From Bacteroidales bacterium (GTDB lineage Bacteria; Bacteroidota; Bacteroidia; Bacteroidales; ML635J-15), in the NCBI GenBank assembly GCA_963676165.1, contig OY781043.1, positions 2,233,342-2,297,341 of the forward strand: 64,000 nt of DNA, read 5' to 3'. Below, in pieces: positions 49,114 through 59,182 of the stretch. Within the stretch, counting starts at the first letter, position 1. Every line of letters starts with the position of its first letter. The position numbers were made by a program, and so were the translations under genes. The notes below the pieces were generated by a model that made no database searches, had not been told where the DNA came from, and worked only from the letters and a program-made list of their open reading frames with translations.

Positions 49114-50054
49114 TTCGAACTTCTCTCAATTGTATACACTAACTGCATACTCATTGTAAACTGTAGAACCGGTCCATGTTCCTGTGCATTAAGTACTTTA
49201 TCAAAGGCTGCATCGCTGGCTTTTTGATAAAAAAGATTTGTACTACCAGTTGCAGTTACTAAGCGTTCATTTCCACGTAAGCGCTGACGTGTATGATCCA
49301 AAAAAGATAAATACTTACGATATTGATTGATTGGATATATACAATTAACCGTTTCATTTAAAGTATTAAACATTGGAACAACTTGCATTCCTAAAGCAGC
49401 ATAAGATTCTTTCTTTGATTGAATAATTTTGATGCATTCAGCACGCATAGCTTCATAAACAACCTGTTTATCAGATACAACTGGTTCAACTTTTATAATA
49501 TCGTAAATCTCATTTTGGGCAGCTTGCATAATAATAGTTTCTGCCAGCTCCAATTTGCTAAAACGGATATGCAAATTCTTTTTCACTTCAAATCCTGCAG
49601 GCACCTCAACATAATTGGTTGAAAATAATTTTTTTTCTACCTCCATACCAAATATAGGCGATTGAGAAATAAAATCGATGTAAAAATCGTCGCTTTCAAA
49701 ACCATCGCCCAAACTTTCTTTGAGCGCATCTATTCGTTGATTGATTTTCAAATGAGTTTCTTCCAAATCTTCGTCAACCTGAGATAATCCAAGTATCATC
49801 ACCCAAGCATCCGGAGCCTGATTCATCATTACAGATGCAGAAATACTCATAACGGAATCCGCTGCACCTGAAGCGTAAGGCTGTACATAATAAGCATTTG
49901 AATTACCAAAATCCTGGTATAAACCTTGATCATAAGATTCATAACTTGAGCGCTCAGCTTTTTGATTGTCATAAAAATTTCCTGCGGCTTGTGAAAATGT
50001 CACAACAGACACAGAAAGCATTAAAATAAAGAGAAATATACGTTTCATAATCAT
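49110..50054 (-). CDS. secreted protein, possibly SIMPL (DUF541) domain
   Basis: Signal peptide, with a layout resembling SIMPL (PDAW..L.. then a later helical region). This is a weak recognition. Confidence 0.4.
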   Translation of the reverse strand: MIMKRIFLFILMLSVSVVTFSQAAGNFYDNQKAERSSYESYDQGLYQDFGNSNAYYVQPYASGAADSVMSISASVMMNQAPDAWVMILGLSQVDEDLEETHLKINQRIDALKESLGDGFESDDFYIDFISQSPIFGMEVEKKLFSTNYVEVPAGFEVKKNLHIRFSKLELAETIIMQAAQNEIYDIIKVEPVVSDKQVVYEAMRAECIKIIQSKKESYAALGMQVVPMFNTLNETVNCIYPINQYRKYLSFLDHTRQRLRGNERLVTATGSTNLFYQKASDAAFDKVLNAQEHGPVLQFTMSMQLVYTIERSSN

Positions 50055-50127
50055 AAATTTTTATTGGCTTTAAGATAGAAAGATTTTTTCAATTAAACCA
50101 AATCACTAATTTTAGACAGAATTAGTA

Positions 50128-51042
50128 ATGATAAATATGGCAAAAAAGAAAAAAGTTGCTTTGGTTCTTTCTAGCGGTGGAGCCAGAGGTTTTGCGCACA
50201 TTGGTGTAATCAACAGCCTTGAAAAACACGGTTACGAAATCACTTCAATTGCAGGTGCCAGCATGGGAGCACTCGTTGGTGGATTATATGCAACGGGAAA
50301 ACTCAGAGTTTTTGAAGAATGGGCTAAAAAGCTTGATCGCAAAGCTGTTTTACGCTTAGTTGATATCACCATCAGTTCCAACGGACTCGTTAAAGGCGAA
50401 AAAATTATCAATGAGTTGGAAAATCTAATCCCGGAACAAAATATTGAGGATTTGAAGATTCCATTTTGTGCTGTCACTACAGACATACTCAATGAAAAGG
50501 AAGTGATTTTCAAAAGCGGCAATCTTTACAATGCCATCAGAGCATCCATTGCAATTCCTACGGTTTTTAAACCCCAAAAAGCTGGAGATGTACAACTCAT
50601 CGATGGTGGAGTTGTTAATCCTATTCCAATTAATCGAATTGCCAGACATAAAAAAGATGTTCTCTTTGTTTCAAATGTGAACGGAAGAAAATCTGTGGAA
50701 ACTCCTGTAGAAACCTATGAATATTACTTGAAAAACAAAGAAAAACAAGCGACAAAAGAAAGCAAAGAGGAAGAACAACTCATTGAGAAAATAAAACATC
50801 GTCTTTCCAAGCTCATTCCTTCAAATAATGAGGATAGAATAGGATATTTTAACCTTATCAATAAATCCACAAGTTTAATGCTTCAAATTATCAGCGAACA
50901 TAGTTTAAAAGAAATGCCACCTGATTTACTTTTCAACATTCCACGAGAGCAATTTGGGACTTTTGATTTCGACAAAGCATCTGATATTATTGCGTTTGGA
51001 GAGTCCTTTACGGATAAAGCATTAAAAAATTACAACAAATAA
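50128..51042 (+). CDS. patatin-like phospholipase
   Basis: SSGGARGFAHIGV oxyanion motif, GASMGA nucleophile, and DGG catalytic Asp. Confidence 0.88.
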   Translation: MINMAKKKKVALVLSSGGARGFAHIGVINSLEKHGYEITSIAGASMGALVGGLYATGKLRVFEEWAKKLDRKAVLRLVDITISSNGLVKGEKIINELENLIPEQNIEDLKIPFCAVTTDILNEKEVIFKSGNLYNAIRASIAIPTVFKPQKAGDVQLIDGGVVNPIPINRIARHKKDVLFVSNVNGRKSVETPVETYEYYLKNKEKQATKESKEEEQLIEKIKHRLSKLIPSNNEDRIGYFNLINKSTSLMLQIISEHSLKEMPPDLLFNIPREQFGTFDFDKASDIIAFGESFTDKALKNYNK

Positions 51043-53283
51043 ATGATAAAAAGAAACATGAAAAACAGCTTACTTGTCGTTTTATTGAGTCTCATACTTT
51101 GGGGATGCAAACAAGAAATACGACTTGTCACAAACAGTCAATCTGATTATACTATTATTTTGCCAAAAGATGCATCAAAAGAAGAAATCAGAGCAGCAGA
51201 GTTTTTAAACTATCACCTACAAAAAATCAGTGATTGTGAACTACAAATCGTTCAAAACGACAAATTACCAGATAGAAATTTCATTCAAATCAGGAAATCA
51301 GATAAAATCACAAGTGCTGATGGGTTCAAAATGAGTACAAAAGATAAAAACATCATTATTGAAGGTGGTAATGGCAGAGGATGCATCTATGCAGTAAGCG
51401 AATTGCTCGAATCGTATCTCGGGGTAAAATATTATAGTCCTGATTATGTTGTCATACCAAAAAGCAGCAGCATTAACCTACCAGAAATAAATACAGAAGA
51501 TAGCTCTCCCAACACATACAGAAATATCAATGGAGCTTTTGCTCAGGATCAAAACTACAAAGACTTTCACAGACTTCATACCATAGAAGACATGTTCACC
51601 AAAGAATATTATGTTCACACTTTTCACAAGTTATTACCTTGGCAAGAATATTTCGAGACTCATCCTGAATATTATGCCCTGATAAACAATCAACGAAACA
51701 AAGACCAACTATGCCTTTCAAACCCAGAGGTGTTAGAAATTGTAAAACATGAATTAGAACAAGAGATGAAGCTTCATCCTGAAATTAATTATTGGTCTGT
51801 TAGTCAGGATGATAACTTCTCATATTGTCATTGTGAAAAATGTAAAAAAATCATTCAAGAAGAAGGTAGTCCCTCCGGTCCTATCATACGGTTTGTCAAC
51901 GAAGTAGCAAAAGCATTTCCTGATAAAACGATATCAACACTTGCCTATCAATACAGTCGGAAAGCCCCAAAGCAGACTAAACCATTAGATAATGTTCAAG
52001 TCATGCTATGTACAATAGAACTGAATCGAAGTGAAGCAATTGCTACAGATGAACGTAGCCAGTCATTTTTAAAAGACATTGAAGACTGGGGAAAAATTTG
52101 TAACCATATCTATGTTTGGGATTATACTGTTGATTTTGCTCACTCTTACTGTCCTTTTCCAAACCTACATGTCCTTCAACCCAACATTCAATTGTTTGTT
52201 AAAAACAATGTAGATGAGCATTTTCAACAAAGCAATACAGCTACAGGGTATGAATTCTCTGAACTTAAATCGTATTTAATAGCCAAACTCCTTTGGAACC
52301 CTGACATAGACACTGAAGAAGTTATCCGTGAATTTACAGATGCCTACTATGGAGACGCAGGTAAGTTTATAAGAGAGTACTTAAAAGAACTGGAAACAGA
52401 AATCACATCAACAGGTGAATTTCTAGACATTTATGGACCTCCGACTAATTACAAAAACACGTTTCTTTCTGCTGATAAGATTGCAAAGTACACGACACTT
52501 TTCGACTCTGCAGAAAAAGCAGTTCAAGACAATGAAGTACAATTGCTTCATGTCCAAACTGCCCGAATGTCTTTACAATATGCTAAAATGGAAATTGGCA
52601 AAAGTGACATGTTTGGATCTAGAGGATGGTACACTGAAAAGAATGGGAAATTTATTCCCAAAAAAGAAATGGTAGATATGCTGGAAACTTGGATACAGAC
52701 AGCAAGAAAAGCAGGATGCGAATATATAAACGAATCAGCACTTAGCACAGAAGAATATTACGAATCAACCAAACGATTTATTGATGTTCAGGTAGACAAC
52801 AACCTTGCATTTCGCAAACAGGTTACAGCGACTCCAATGCCAACAACTAAATACAGCGATGGAGACCTTAGCTATTTAACCAATGGTGTTCGAGGTGCGA
52901 ATGATTTTAAAGTGCATTGGTTAGGATGGGAAGCTAAAGATTTTCAACTAATTCTTGATTTAGAGGAAAACACTAATGCCCAGAGCATAGAAATCTCAAC
53001 ACTATACGATCCGAAAAGTTGGATATTACACCCTCGATCCATAACTTGCTACATTTCAAAAGATGGAATACAATATCAAAAACTGAATAAAATAAGCACC
53101 GAGGGAGAACAAAAGGATGAAACGGTTAACAAAACCTTTGTTTACAATGTAGAAGATGAAGCATTTCGGTTTGTGAAATTTGACATTGAAGGAACAAAAA
53201 AATTGTTTGACTGGCATCCTTCTGCTGGTGGAGGATCATGGACTTTTGTGGATGAGATCGTTGTCAAGAAAGCATCTAAATGA
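51043..53283 (+). CDS. DUF4838-like glycoside-hydrolase-related lipoprotein with C-terminal discoidin-like domain
   Basis: Lipobox LWGC; central NYWSVSQDDNFSYCHCEKCK; beta-sandwich C-terminus. Confidence 0.65.
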   Translation: MIKRNMKNSLLVVLLSLILWGCKQEIRLVTNSQSDYTIILPKDASKEEIRAAEFLNYHLQKISDCELQIVQNDKLPDRNFIQIRKSDKITSADGFKMSTKDKNIIIEGGNGRGCIYAVSELLESYLGVKYYSPDYVVIPKSSSINLPEINTEDSSPNTYRNINGAFAQDQNYKDFHRLHTIEDMFTKEYYVHTFHKLLPWQEYFETHPEYYALINNQRNKDQLCLSNPEVLEIVKHELEQEMKLHPEINYWSVSQDDNFSYCHCEKCKKIIQEEGSPSGPIIRFVNEVAKAFPDKTISTLAYQYSRKAPKQTKPLDNVQVMLCTIELNRSEAIATDERSQSFLKDIEDWGKICNHIYVWDYTVDFAHSYCPFPNLHVLQPNIQLFVKNNVDEHFQQSNTATGYEFSELKSYLIAKLLWNPDIDTEEVIREFTDAYYGDAGKFIREYLKELETEITSTGEFLDIYGPPTNYKNTFLSADKIAKYTTLFDSAEKAVQDNEVQLLHVQTARMSLQYAKMEIGKSDMFGSRGWYTEKNGKFIPKKEMVDMLETWIQTARKAGCEYINESALSTEEYYESTKRFIDVQVDNNLAFRKQVTATPMPTTKYSDGDLSYLTNGVRGANDFKVHWLGWEAKDFQLILDLEENTNAQSIEISTLYDPKSWILHPRSITCYISKDGIQYQKLNKISTEGEQKDETVNKTFVYNVEDEAFRFVKFDIEGTKKLFDWHPSAGGGSWTFVDEIVVKKASK

Positions 53284-53286
53284 CAA

Positions 53287-55902
53287 CTACCATGGCCAGG
53301 TTTTTCCTTTACGTAAAATCAACCCAACTAATATTAAGATCATAAACAGCATATGCATGGCGGCAAACATGGAATGTCGCATCCTTACATCGAAAATTTG
53401 GATGAAGGCAGATTTATCAGATCTCCATGTTCCAGTTTGATAAAACGGATATTTATTGCACAGTTTTTTCGCATCAAGACGATAAGATACTGGCTCATCA
53501 TAATTCTGTAAGAAACGCCAAATCACAGGCAATTCTCGTCTATTTGAAAAATGTGCCTGCGAATTGACATTATGCGCAAAAACAGACTTTAACTCCCTGA
53601 CATTGATTATGTCACTTTGTAAGTTTTCTGGCAATGACTGATAAAGGATACTTTTGCTTTTCTCATCACCGGAAAACTCTGGCAAAATATAATTCAAATA
53701 AAGCAGTGAAATGTAATGCGTCTGCTCCGACTGAAAATCAAAATCGGGCTGACTCAATACCGACTCTGTCATTAACGATTCAAAAGCCAAGGCTGAAGGC
53801 ATGAGGCGGGAAATAACAGGAGCTTCACAGCAGTAATCTATGGATGGAAACTTATTCCAAGGGATCAATGCCCCACTGAAAATCAATTGCGGAATTATAA
53901 GCAATGGAATGGCGATGTATGCCCATGTCTTTCCACGCGAAAGCACAGATATGAGTAATCCTGCCAAAGCCGACAATAACATCAACAAGAAATAATTAAG
54001 TGTCAATGAGGAAAAGAGGTAAGGTAATTTCAGTATTCCCAAAGCAACAATTGAAAAACTCAATGCGTGAAATGCAGACATGGCAAATAAACGAAGAATT
54101 TTCAGCATAAAATAACGGCTATTACCCCGTTCGACGACAAACTCACGTTTTCGCACAGATTGCTCCCGACTAATCTCTGAAACTGAAAATACAAGACCTC
54201 CAAATATTGCAACAACTATGCTCATCATAAAGAAAATTGGCAGGTGTAAATTCTCTTCAGGCAAATAAATATCACCACCAGAAAACCGGCTAACCAGAGC
54301 CAATAATAGCGCCATAACTGGAGCATATATTACACTTAATGCAAAAAAAGCTTTCCGTTGAAATAAGGAATTCAAATCGGCACCTACTGCTTTAAAAAAT
54401 TTAGCCTTTTTTGCCTTGTATTTGATCGGATTTGCTGAAAAATCAAATTGAAAATTCAGTTTAAAATTTTGTCTCCAGAATTCAGGAGGATAACTTCGCT
54501 CAACCGTCCCGTCTTTAGATATCGCTACACGCTTAACAATAGACTCGGCCGAAGATAATTCAGTGCGCTCATCCACAAAAAGTCCAGCACCAGCAGACTG
54601 CCTTCCTGAAACCATAGACACATAGGCAAAGAATTCGTCTGGTGCACCATAAAAAACAGGAGTACCTCCCTCATCCAAATAAAGCAAATTATCAAACTGC
54701 CTCAAAAGCCTCATCTCTGGTTGATGCAGCGTACAACAAATGAGTTTCCCCTGATCAGCAAAACCACGAAGTTGAGTCATTAAATTTTCTGCATCCTGAG
54801 AAGATAAGCCACTTGTCGGTTCATCACAAAGCAAAACATCAGGATTGCTCATTAAAGCACAAGCTAAAGCAACACGTTTTCTCTCTCCTCCAGACAAATT
54901 GGAATCATTCACATCTGCTGGCTTCACATGCGTATATTGCAATAAATCAAAGGACTGCAATAAATTCGCAACCGTAAACTCAGAATTTGAATTGTATTTT
55001 GACTGAATTTGGTGCAATTGGTGAAACAAAGTGATTTCAGGTAGAATATTATCTTCCTGTGGGACAAACCCAAATGACAAATTCGGGTGATTGGATGTAA
55101 CATTACCCTTTCCAAACCGGAAAACTCCTGCTAAACTTTTCAGCAAACTTGACTTTCCGGAACCACTCCCTCCAAGCACTGCAAGCATTCCCTGACCTCT
55201 AACTGCCAAGCTTAATCCTTGAAACAAAGCCTCTCTCCCCTTATACTTCAAATGCAAACCCTCGATTCCTAATTCAAGCAATCTGATTTCAATACCTGCA
55301 AGTTCCAATAAGTCTAAATATTGATATGACCTTCCATCCTTAAACTTCAAAATGGCTGAGTATGCAAATGGTTGAATCTGATTGCTGTCAAAACAATGGG
55401 CATTTTGAAGTATGGAAACATCTTTCAGATAATAAAATACTGCAGAAACACTCAGTGCAAGCACTTCAATCTCATTGTGTTTCGTTTTCAAGCAAAAATT
55501 CCGAATTTTAGACTTATCCTCATCAGGCAAATCCATCATCTCTGCAATCAAGTCTGTAAACTCCTGAGCTTGAAGCGTATCACCATGCATTTCTGAAATA
55601 AACTCATAGAGTCGTATTAACAAAAGCTGTTTCTCTCGTTGATTCAACTCCTCATGCATTTCTTGAGTTAAACGCATGATACGAACAGCATTTGAAGCAA
55701 TTCGCTTAAAATTTAACTTTTGATTGAAATGATGAATATCCGAATTAAATTGTTGAATTAGAATTGAAAATTGAGCATCATCAACGACAGGTTTTATAAA
55801 ACGTTCCAAATAGCCTTTCGCATCAGTACCAATCCGATCTGTATCTACAGAAGAGACAATTGCGAAAACTCGAATTAGTTTTTGATAAAAACAAACCTGC
55901 AT
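53287..55902 (-). CDS. ABC transporter, fused ATPase + ABC-2-type permease with an extra N-terminal domain
   Basis: Walker A GGSGSGKS, signature LSGGERKRV, Walker B LLCDEPTSGL, and a C-terminal polytopic membrane domain. Confidence 0.85.
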   Translation of the reverse strand: MQVCFYQKLIRVFAIVSSVDTDRIGTDAKGYLERFIKPVVDDAQFSILIQQFNSDIHHFNQKLNFKRIASNAVRIMRLTQEMHEELNQREKQLLLIRLYEFISEMHGDTLQAQEFTDLIAEMMDLPDEDKSKIRNFCLKTKHNEIEVLALSVSAVFYYLKDVSILQNAHCFDSNQIQPFAYSAILKFKDGRSYQYLDLLELAGIEIRLLELGIEGLHLKYKGREALFQGLSLAVRGQGMLAVLGGSGSGKSSLLKSLAGVFRFGKGNVTSNHPNLSFGFVPQEDNILPEITLFHQLHQIQSKYNSNSEFTVANLLQSFDLLQYTHVKPADVNDSNLSGGERKRVALACALMSNPDVLLCDEPTSGLSSQDAENLMTQLRGFADQGKLICCTLHQPEMRLLRQFDNLLYLDEGGTPVFYGAPDEFFAYVSMVSGRQSAGAGLFVDERTELSSAESIVKRVAISKDGTVERSYPPEFWRQNFKLNFQFDFSANPIKYKAKKAKFFKAVGADLNSLFQRKAFFALSVIYAPVMALLLALVSRFSGGDIYLPEENLHLPIFFMMSIVVAIFGGLVFSVSEISREQSVRKREFVVERGNSRYFMLKILRLFAMSAFHALSFSIVALGILKLPYLFSSLTLNYFLLMLLSALAGLLISVLSRGKTWAYIAIPLLIIPQLIFSGALIPWNKFPSIDYCCEAPVISRLMPSALAFESLMTESVLSQPDFDFQSEQTHYISLLYLNYILPEFSGDEKSKSILYQSLPENLQSDIINVRELKSVFAHNVNSQAHFSNRRELPVIWRFLQNYDEPVSYRLDAKKLCNKYPFYQTGTWRSDKSAFIQIFDVRMRHSMFAAMHMLFMILILVGLILRKGKTWPW

Positions 55903-56009
55903 ATCATATACAAAATTAGCATAATTTATAAATTCCCAAAGTATTTTCTTAAAATTTGATTGATTTGGTTGAGATATACTAATTTTGTCATAACTAATTG
56001 AGTTATATC

Positions 56010-56810
56010 ATGGAGAAAAAAGTTGTTATCATAACCGGCGCATCTTCCGGAATTGGGAAGGCCCTAGCTGAAGAATATATTCAGCACGGTTTTAATGTTG
56101 TGATGGCAGCCCGCAACGCTGAAAAGCTTAGCGAACTGGAAAAAGCACTCAATGAAAAAGGAGAAGCACTTGCAGTCACGACAGATGTCACAAATGAAGC
56201 TGACTGCGAAAATTTGGTAAAAAAAGCAATTGAGCGCTTCAACCGAATTGATATTCTGATCAACAATGCAGGAATTTCAATGCGAGCTACCTTTCTAAAT
56301 ATGCATTTAGATGTCATGCGAAAGTTGATGGACGTCAATTTTTGGGGGACAGTCTATTGTACAAAATATGCATTGCCACATCTTCTAAAGACACATGGCT
56401 CTGTTGTTGGAATCTCTTCCGTTGCCGGAATGCATTCACTACCTGCACGAAGTGGTTATTCAGCTTCAAAATATGCGATGCAAGGTTTTTTGGACACAAT
56501 AAGAATTGAGCACAGACATCAATTGCATGTGCTGATTTTTGCTCCTGGATTTACTGCTTCCAATGTAAGAATAGCAGCTTTAACTGCAGATGGCTCACCT
56601 CAAGGACAAACTCCCAGAAAAGAAGAAAAAATGATGTCTGCAGAACAAGTAGCTAGAAGAATACGCCTTGCTATCAAGAGGAAACGTCGTTTTATCACCA
56701 TCACACTTGCAGGACATGTAACCAATCTTGTTAAAAAATTCTGGCCTGCACTTTTGGATTGGAGTTTCTACAAAGCAATGAGCAAGGAACCAGATTCACC
56801 CCTGAAATAA
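56010..56810 (+). CDS. short-chain dehydrogenase/reductase
   Basis: TGASSGIG, NNAG and YSASK motifs. The ATG at 56010 is preferred over the TTG at 55998. Confidence 0.9.
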   Translation: MEKKVVIITGASSGIGKALAEEYIQHGFNVVMAARNAEKLSELEKALNEKGEALAVTTDVTNEADCENLVKKAIERFNRIDILINNAGISMRATFLNMHLDVMRKLMDVNFWGTVYCTKYALPHLLKTHGSVVGISSVAGMHSLPARSGYSASKYAMQGFLDTIRIEHRHQLHVLIFAPGFTASNVRIAALTADGSPQGQTPRKEEKMMSAEQVARRIRLAIKRKRRFITITLAGHVTNLVKKFWPALLDWSFYKAMSKEPDSPLK

Positions 56811-56821
56811 TCTGAACATAA

Positions 56822-59182
56822 TTAATTTCGACGATCAAGAATCTCAAATCGATGAACAATTTTGTTTCCATCCTGATCAACTATACTTAAAAAGTGCTTT
56901 CCTGTTTCTGGGGAAAAAGCTAGCTGATGATGTGATTTAGTTGTCGCTACAAACTCATCATCAACATGCCAATAAAGCATAGCTTCAGGATCTTGATGTG
57001 CCGCTTCAAAAACAAGCGCCTGACGTTTTCCATTCAAATCGACGGGAAGATAAATGCGCATCTGATCATCAGGGTACAAAATTTCCATTGCATTTCCCGA
57101 GCCACCGGAACATTCAGGATGCATAGGAGGAGCACCTTGATACCAAGGGTTTTTCTGTCGATAATACCACTCCATTGCAGGAGGTAATACAAAGGCATTT
57201 TCATGCTGCATTTTCTCTTCTGGATAACAGGAAAGATTGACACGATACTCACCAGTCTCATCCAAATGAACTCGCTGATGATATGGACACTGTGGGGAAT
57301 AATATGCAGAAGCAGGAATCCATGTAGTATCTGCATCATCACAAAACGCAGATGCCAAGTATCCAGACTTTTCGCACACAGGCATTTGAATCATATCATC
57401 CCAAGGGCAATCAAACCATTTTGTCAATGCTGGTAAACGGTTAAACAAATCAAACATTATGGGAGCTGCAGTTTTTAAACCGATCAATCCCGGACGACCA
57501 TCTCCCTCAGCATTTCCAACCCAAACTGCTATGGTGTAATCTGGTGTTACTCCGATAGCCCATGCATCACGAAATCCATAAGATGTACCTGTTTTCCATG
57601 CAATGGGTTGAGATGAGGAGAAGTATTCCCAGTTCCCTAATTCTGAAGGTCTCTGAAGTTCCTTCATGGCTTCAAATGCAAACCAAATACCAGCTGCAGT
57701 AAGCCTTGCCTCAGACATTGGAACAGTTTGCTTCACTGAATCATGAATTAAAAATTGCAAATCATGAAAATCACTGGAATAATACATTGCGTTACTTTCT
57801 GTGTAATGAGACAAACGTCGTCCCATTGAAGCATATGCAGCGCAAAGCTCATCCAATCTTGCCTCTGCCCCACCGAGTATCAAAGACAAGCCATAATGAT
57901 TTGCGTGTTGATTTATGCTTTGAATACCCATTTGATGCAGATCATCTAAAAAGACTGGGACTCCATGCACTTGAAGCATATTTACAGAAGGCACATTTAA
58001 GGAGCGGACAATGACTTGAGATGCAGGGACTGCACCATCATAACCGAGATTAAAATTTTGAGGACTAAAATTCCCAAAGCGACTTGGAACATCTTTCACC
58101 AAGGTATTGGGGAGCAATTCTGCTTTACTCAACATGTGCGCATAAAGGAAAGGCTTAAGAATACTACCCGTACTTCGCTTGGCTGTAGCAACATCAACAA
58201 AAGCATCTTGCCCTTCATCGGAAAAAAGCCCAGTGTTCCCCACATAAGCTTTCACAGCACCAGTACGTGTATCTGCAATAATACAAGCTGCATTATGAAT
58301 ACCATTCTTCCGAAGTGTTTTGGCATGTTGCTCTAAAATTTCAGTTGCCATTTTCTGTGTCTCTACCTCCACATGTGTTTCAAAAAGGCTTTGTCTCGGA
58401 TGTTCTTGACGCAAGCGCATTAACAAGTGTGTTGCCTCATGGGGAAAAGCTCGCAATACATCAGGAATTTCCTCTTCAATTGCTAACTCATACTCCCAAT
58501 CATTTAACAATTGATCATCGTACAAACGTTTTAACAAACGATCGCGCTTTGCCTTTAGCATAATGCGATTTTTATTCAAATGGATAGAGGATGGCGCATT
58601 AGGCAGCACAGCCAACAAAGCAGATTCAGCCCAAGTTAAATCCTCAGGTTCTCGTCCGAAATAACGTTGAGAAGCAGCTTGCAAACCTACAACATTTCCA
58701 CCATAAGGGGCATTTGCCGCATACAATCGCAAAATATCTTCTTTTGATTTTTGGACTTCAAGTTTCTGAGCCAAAAACATTTCGGTTATTTTTCTCGACA
58801 TGTTACGATCACCAGCCGGGCGGGTTATTCGAATAAGCTGCATACTAATGGTTGAACCTCCACTCACTACAGATTTAGCTTGGACATTTTGTATAGATGC
58901 TCGAATCATGGACACCCAATCAACTCCACGGTGCTGATAAAACCGTTTATCTTCAAAATGCAAGAGACAAGTTTTGTATTTTTCAGGAATCGCAAAAGTA
59001 TCGCTCATAGGTAAGCGCCATTGACCGTCCGTTGCAACAAGTGCATCGATTAATTTCCCATTGGAATCATACACAACTGCAGATTTTGGAGTATTGACAA
59101 ATTTGATCGGTGTCATCACCCACCAAACGAAGGGAATCAAGCCCAACAATATCAATATCCCAATAATCTGCTTTTTTCTCAT
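56822..59182 (-). CDS. pbpC: penicillin-binding protein 1C
   Basis: Glycosyltransferase-51 motifs (EDKRFYQHRGVD, GGSTISMQL), transpeptidase STGSILKP, and a PBP1C-type C-terminal domain. Confidence 0.9.
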   Translation of the reverse strand: MRKKQIIGILILLGLIPFVWWVMTPIKFVNTPKSAVVYDSNGKLIDALVATDGQWRLPMSDTFAIPEKYKTCLLHFEDKRFYQHRGVDWVSMIRASIQNVQAKSVVSGGSTISMQLIRITRPAGDRNMSRKITEMFLAQKLEVQKSKEDILRLYAANAPYGGNVVGLQAASQRYFGREPEDLTWAESALLAVLPNAPSSIHLNKNRIMLKAKRDRLLKRLYDDQLLNDWEYELAIEEEIPDVLRAFPHEATHLLMRLRQEHPRQSLFETHVEVETQKMATEILEQHAKTLRKNGIHNAACIIADTRTGAVKAYVGNTGLFSDEGQDAFVDVATAKRSTGSILKPFLYAHMLSKAELLPNTLVKDVPSRFGNFSPQNFNLGYDGAVPASQVIVRSLNVPSVNMLQVHGVPVFLDDLHQMGIQSINQHANHYGLSLILGGAEARLDELCAAYASMGRRLSHYTESNAMYYSSDFHDLQFLIHDSVKQTVPMSEARLTAAGIWFAFEAMKELQRPSELGNWEYFSSSQPIAWKTGTSYGFRDAWAIGVTPDYTIAVWVGNAEGDGRPGLIGLKTAAPIMFDLFNRLPALTKWFDCPWDDMIQMPVCEKSGYLASAFCDDADTTWIPASAYYSPQCPYHQRVHLDETGEYRVNLSCYPEEKMQHENAFVLPPAMEWYYRQKNPWYQGAPPMHPECSGGSGNAMEILYPDDQMRIYLPVDLNGKRQALVFEAAHQDPEAMLYWHVDDEFVATTKSHHQLAFSPETGKHFLSIVDQDGNKIVHRFEILDRRN

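Noticed and set aside
54128-54150. Partial match to the TAACGTGAGTT box inside the ABC transporter gene (reverse complement AAAACGTGAGTTTGTCG)
   Set aside because: Only the first 10 or so bases match and the second half-site is absent. It is in coding sequence, so it is most simply a chance match.
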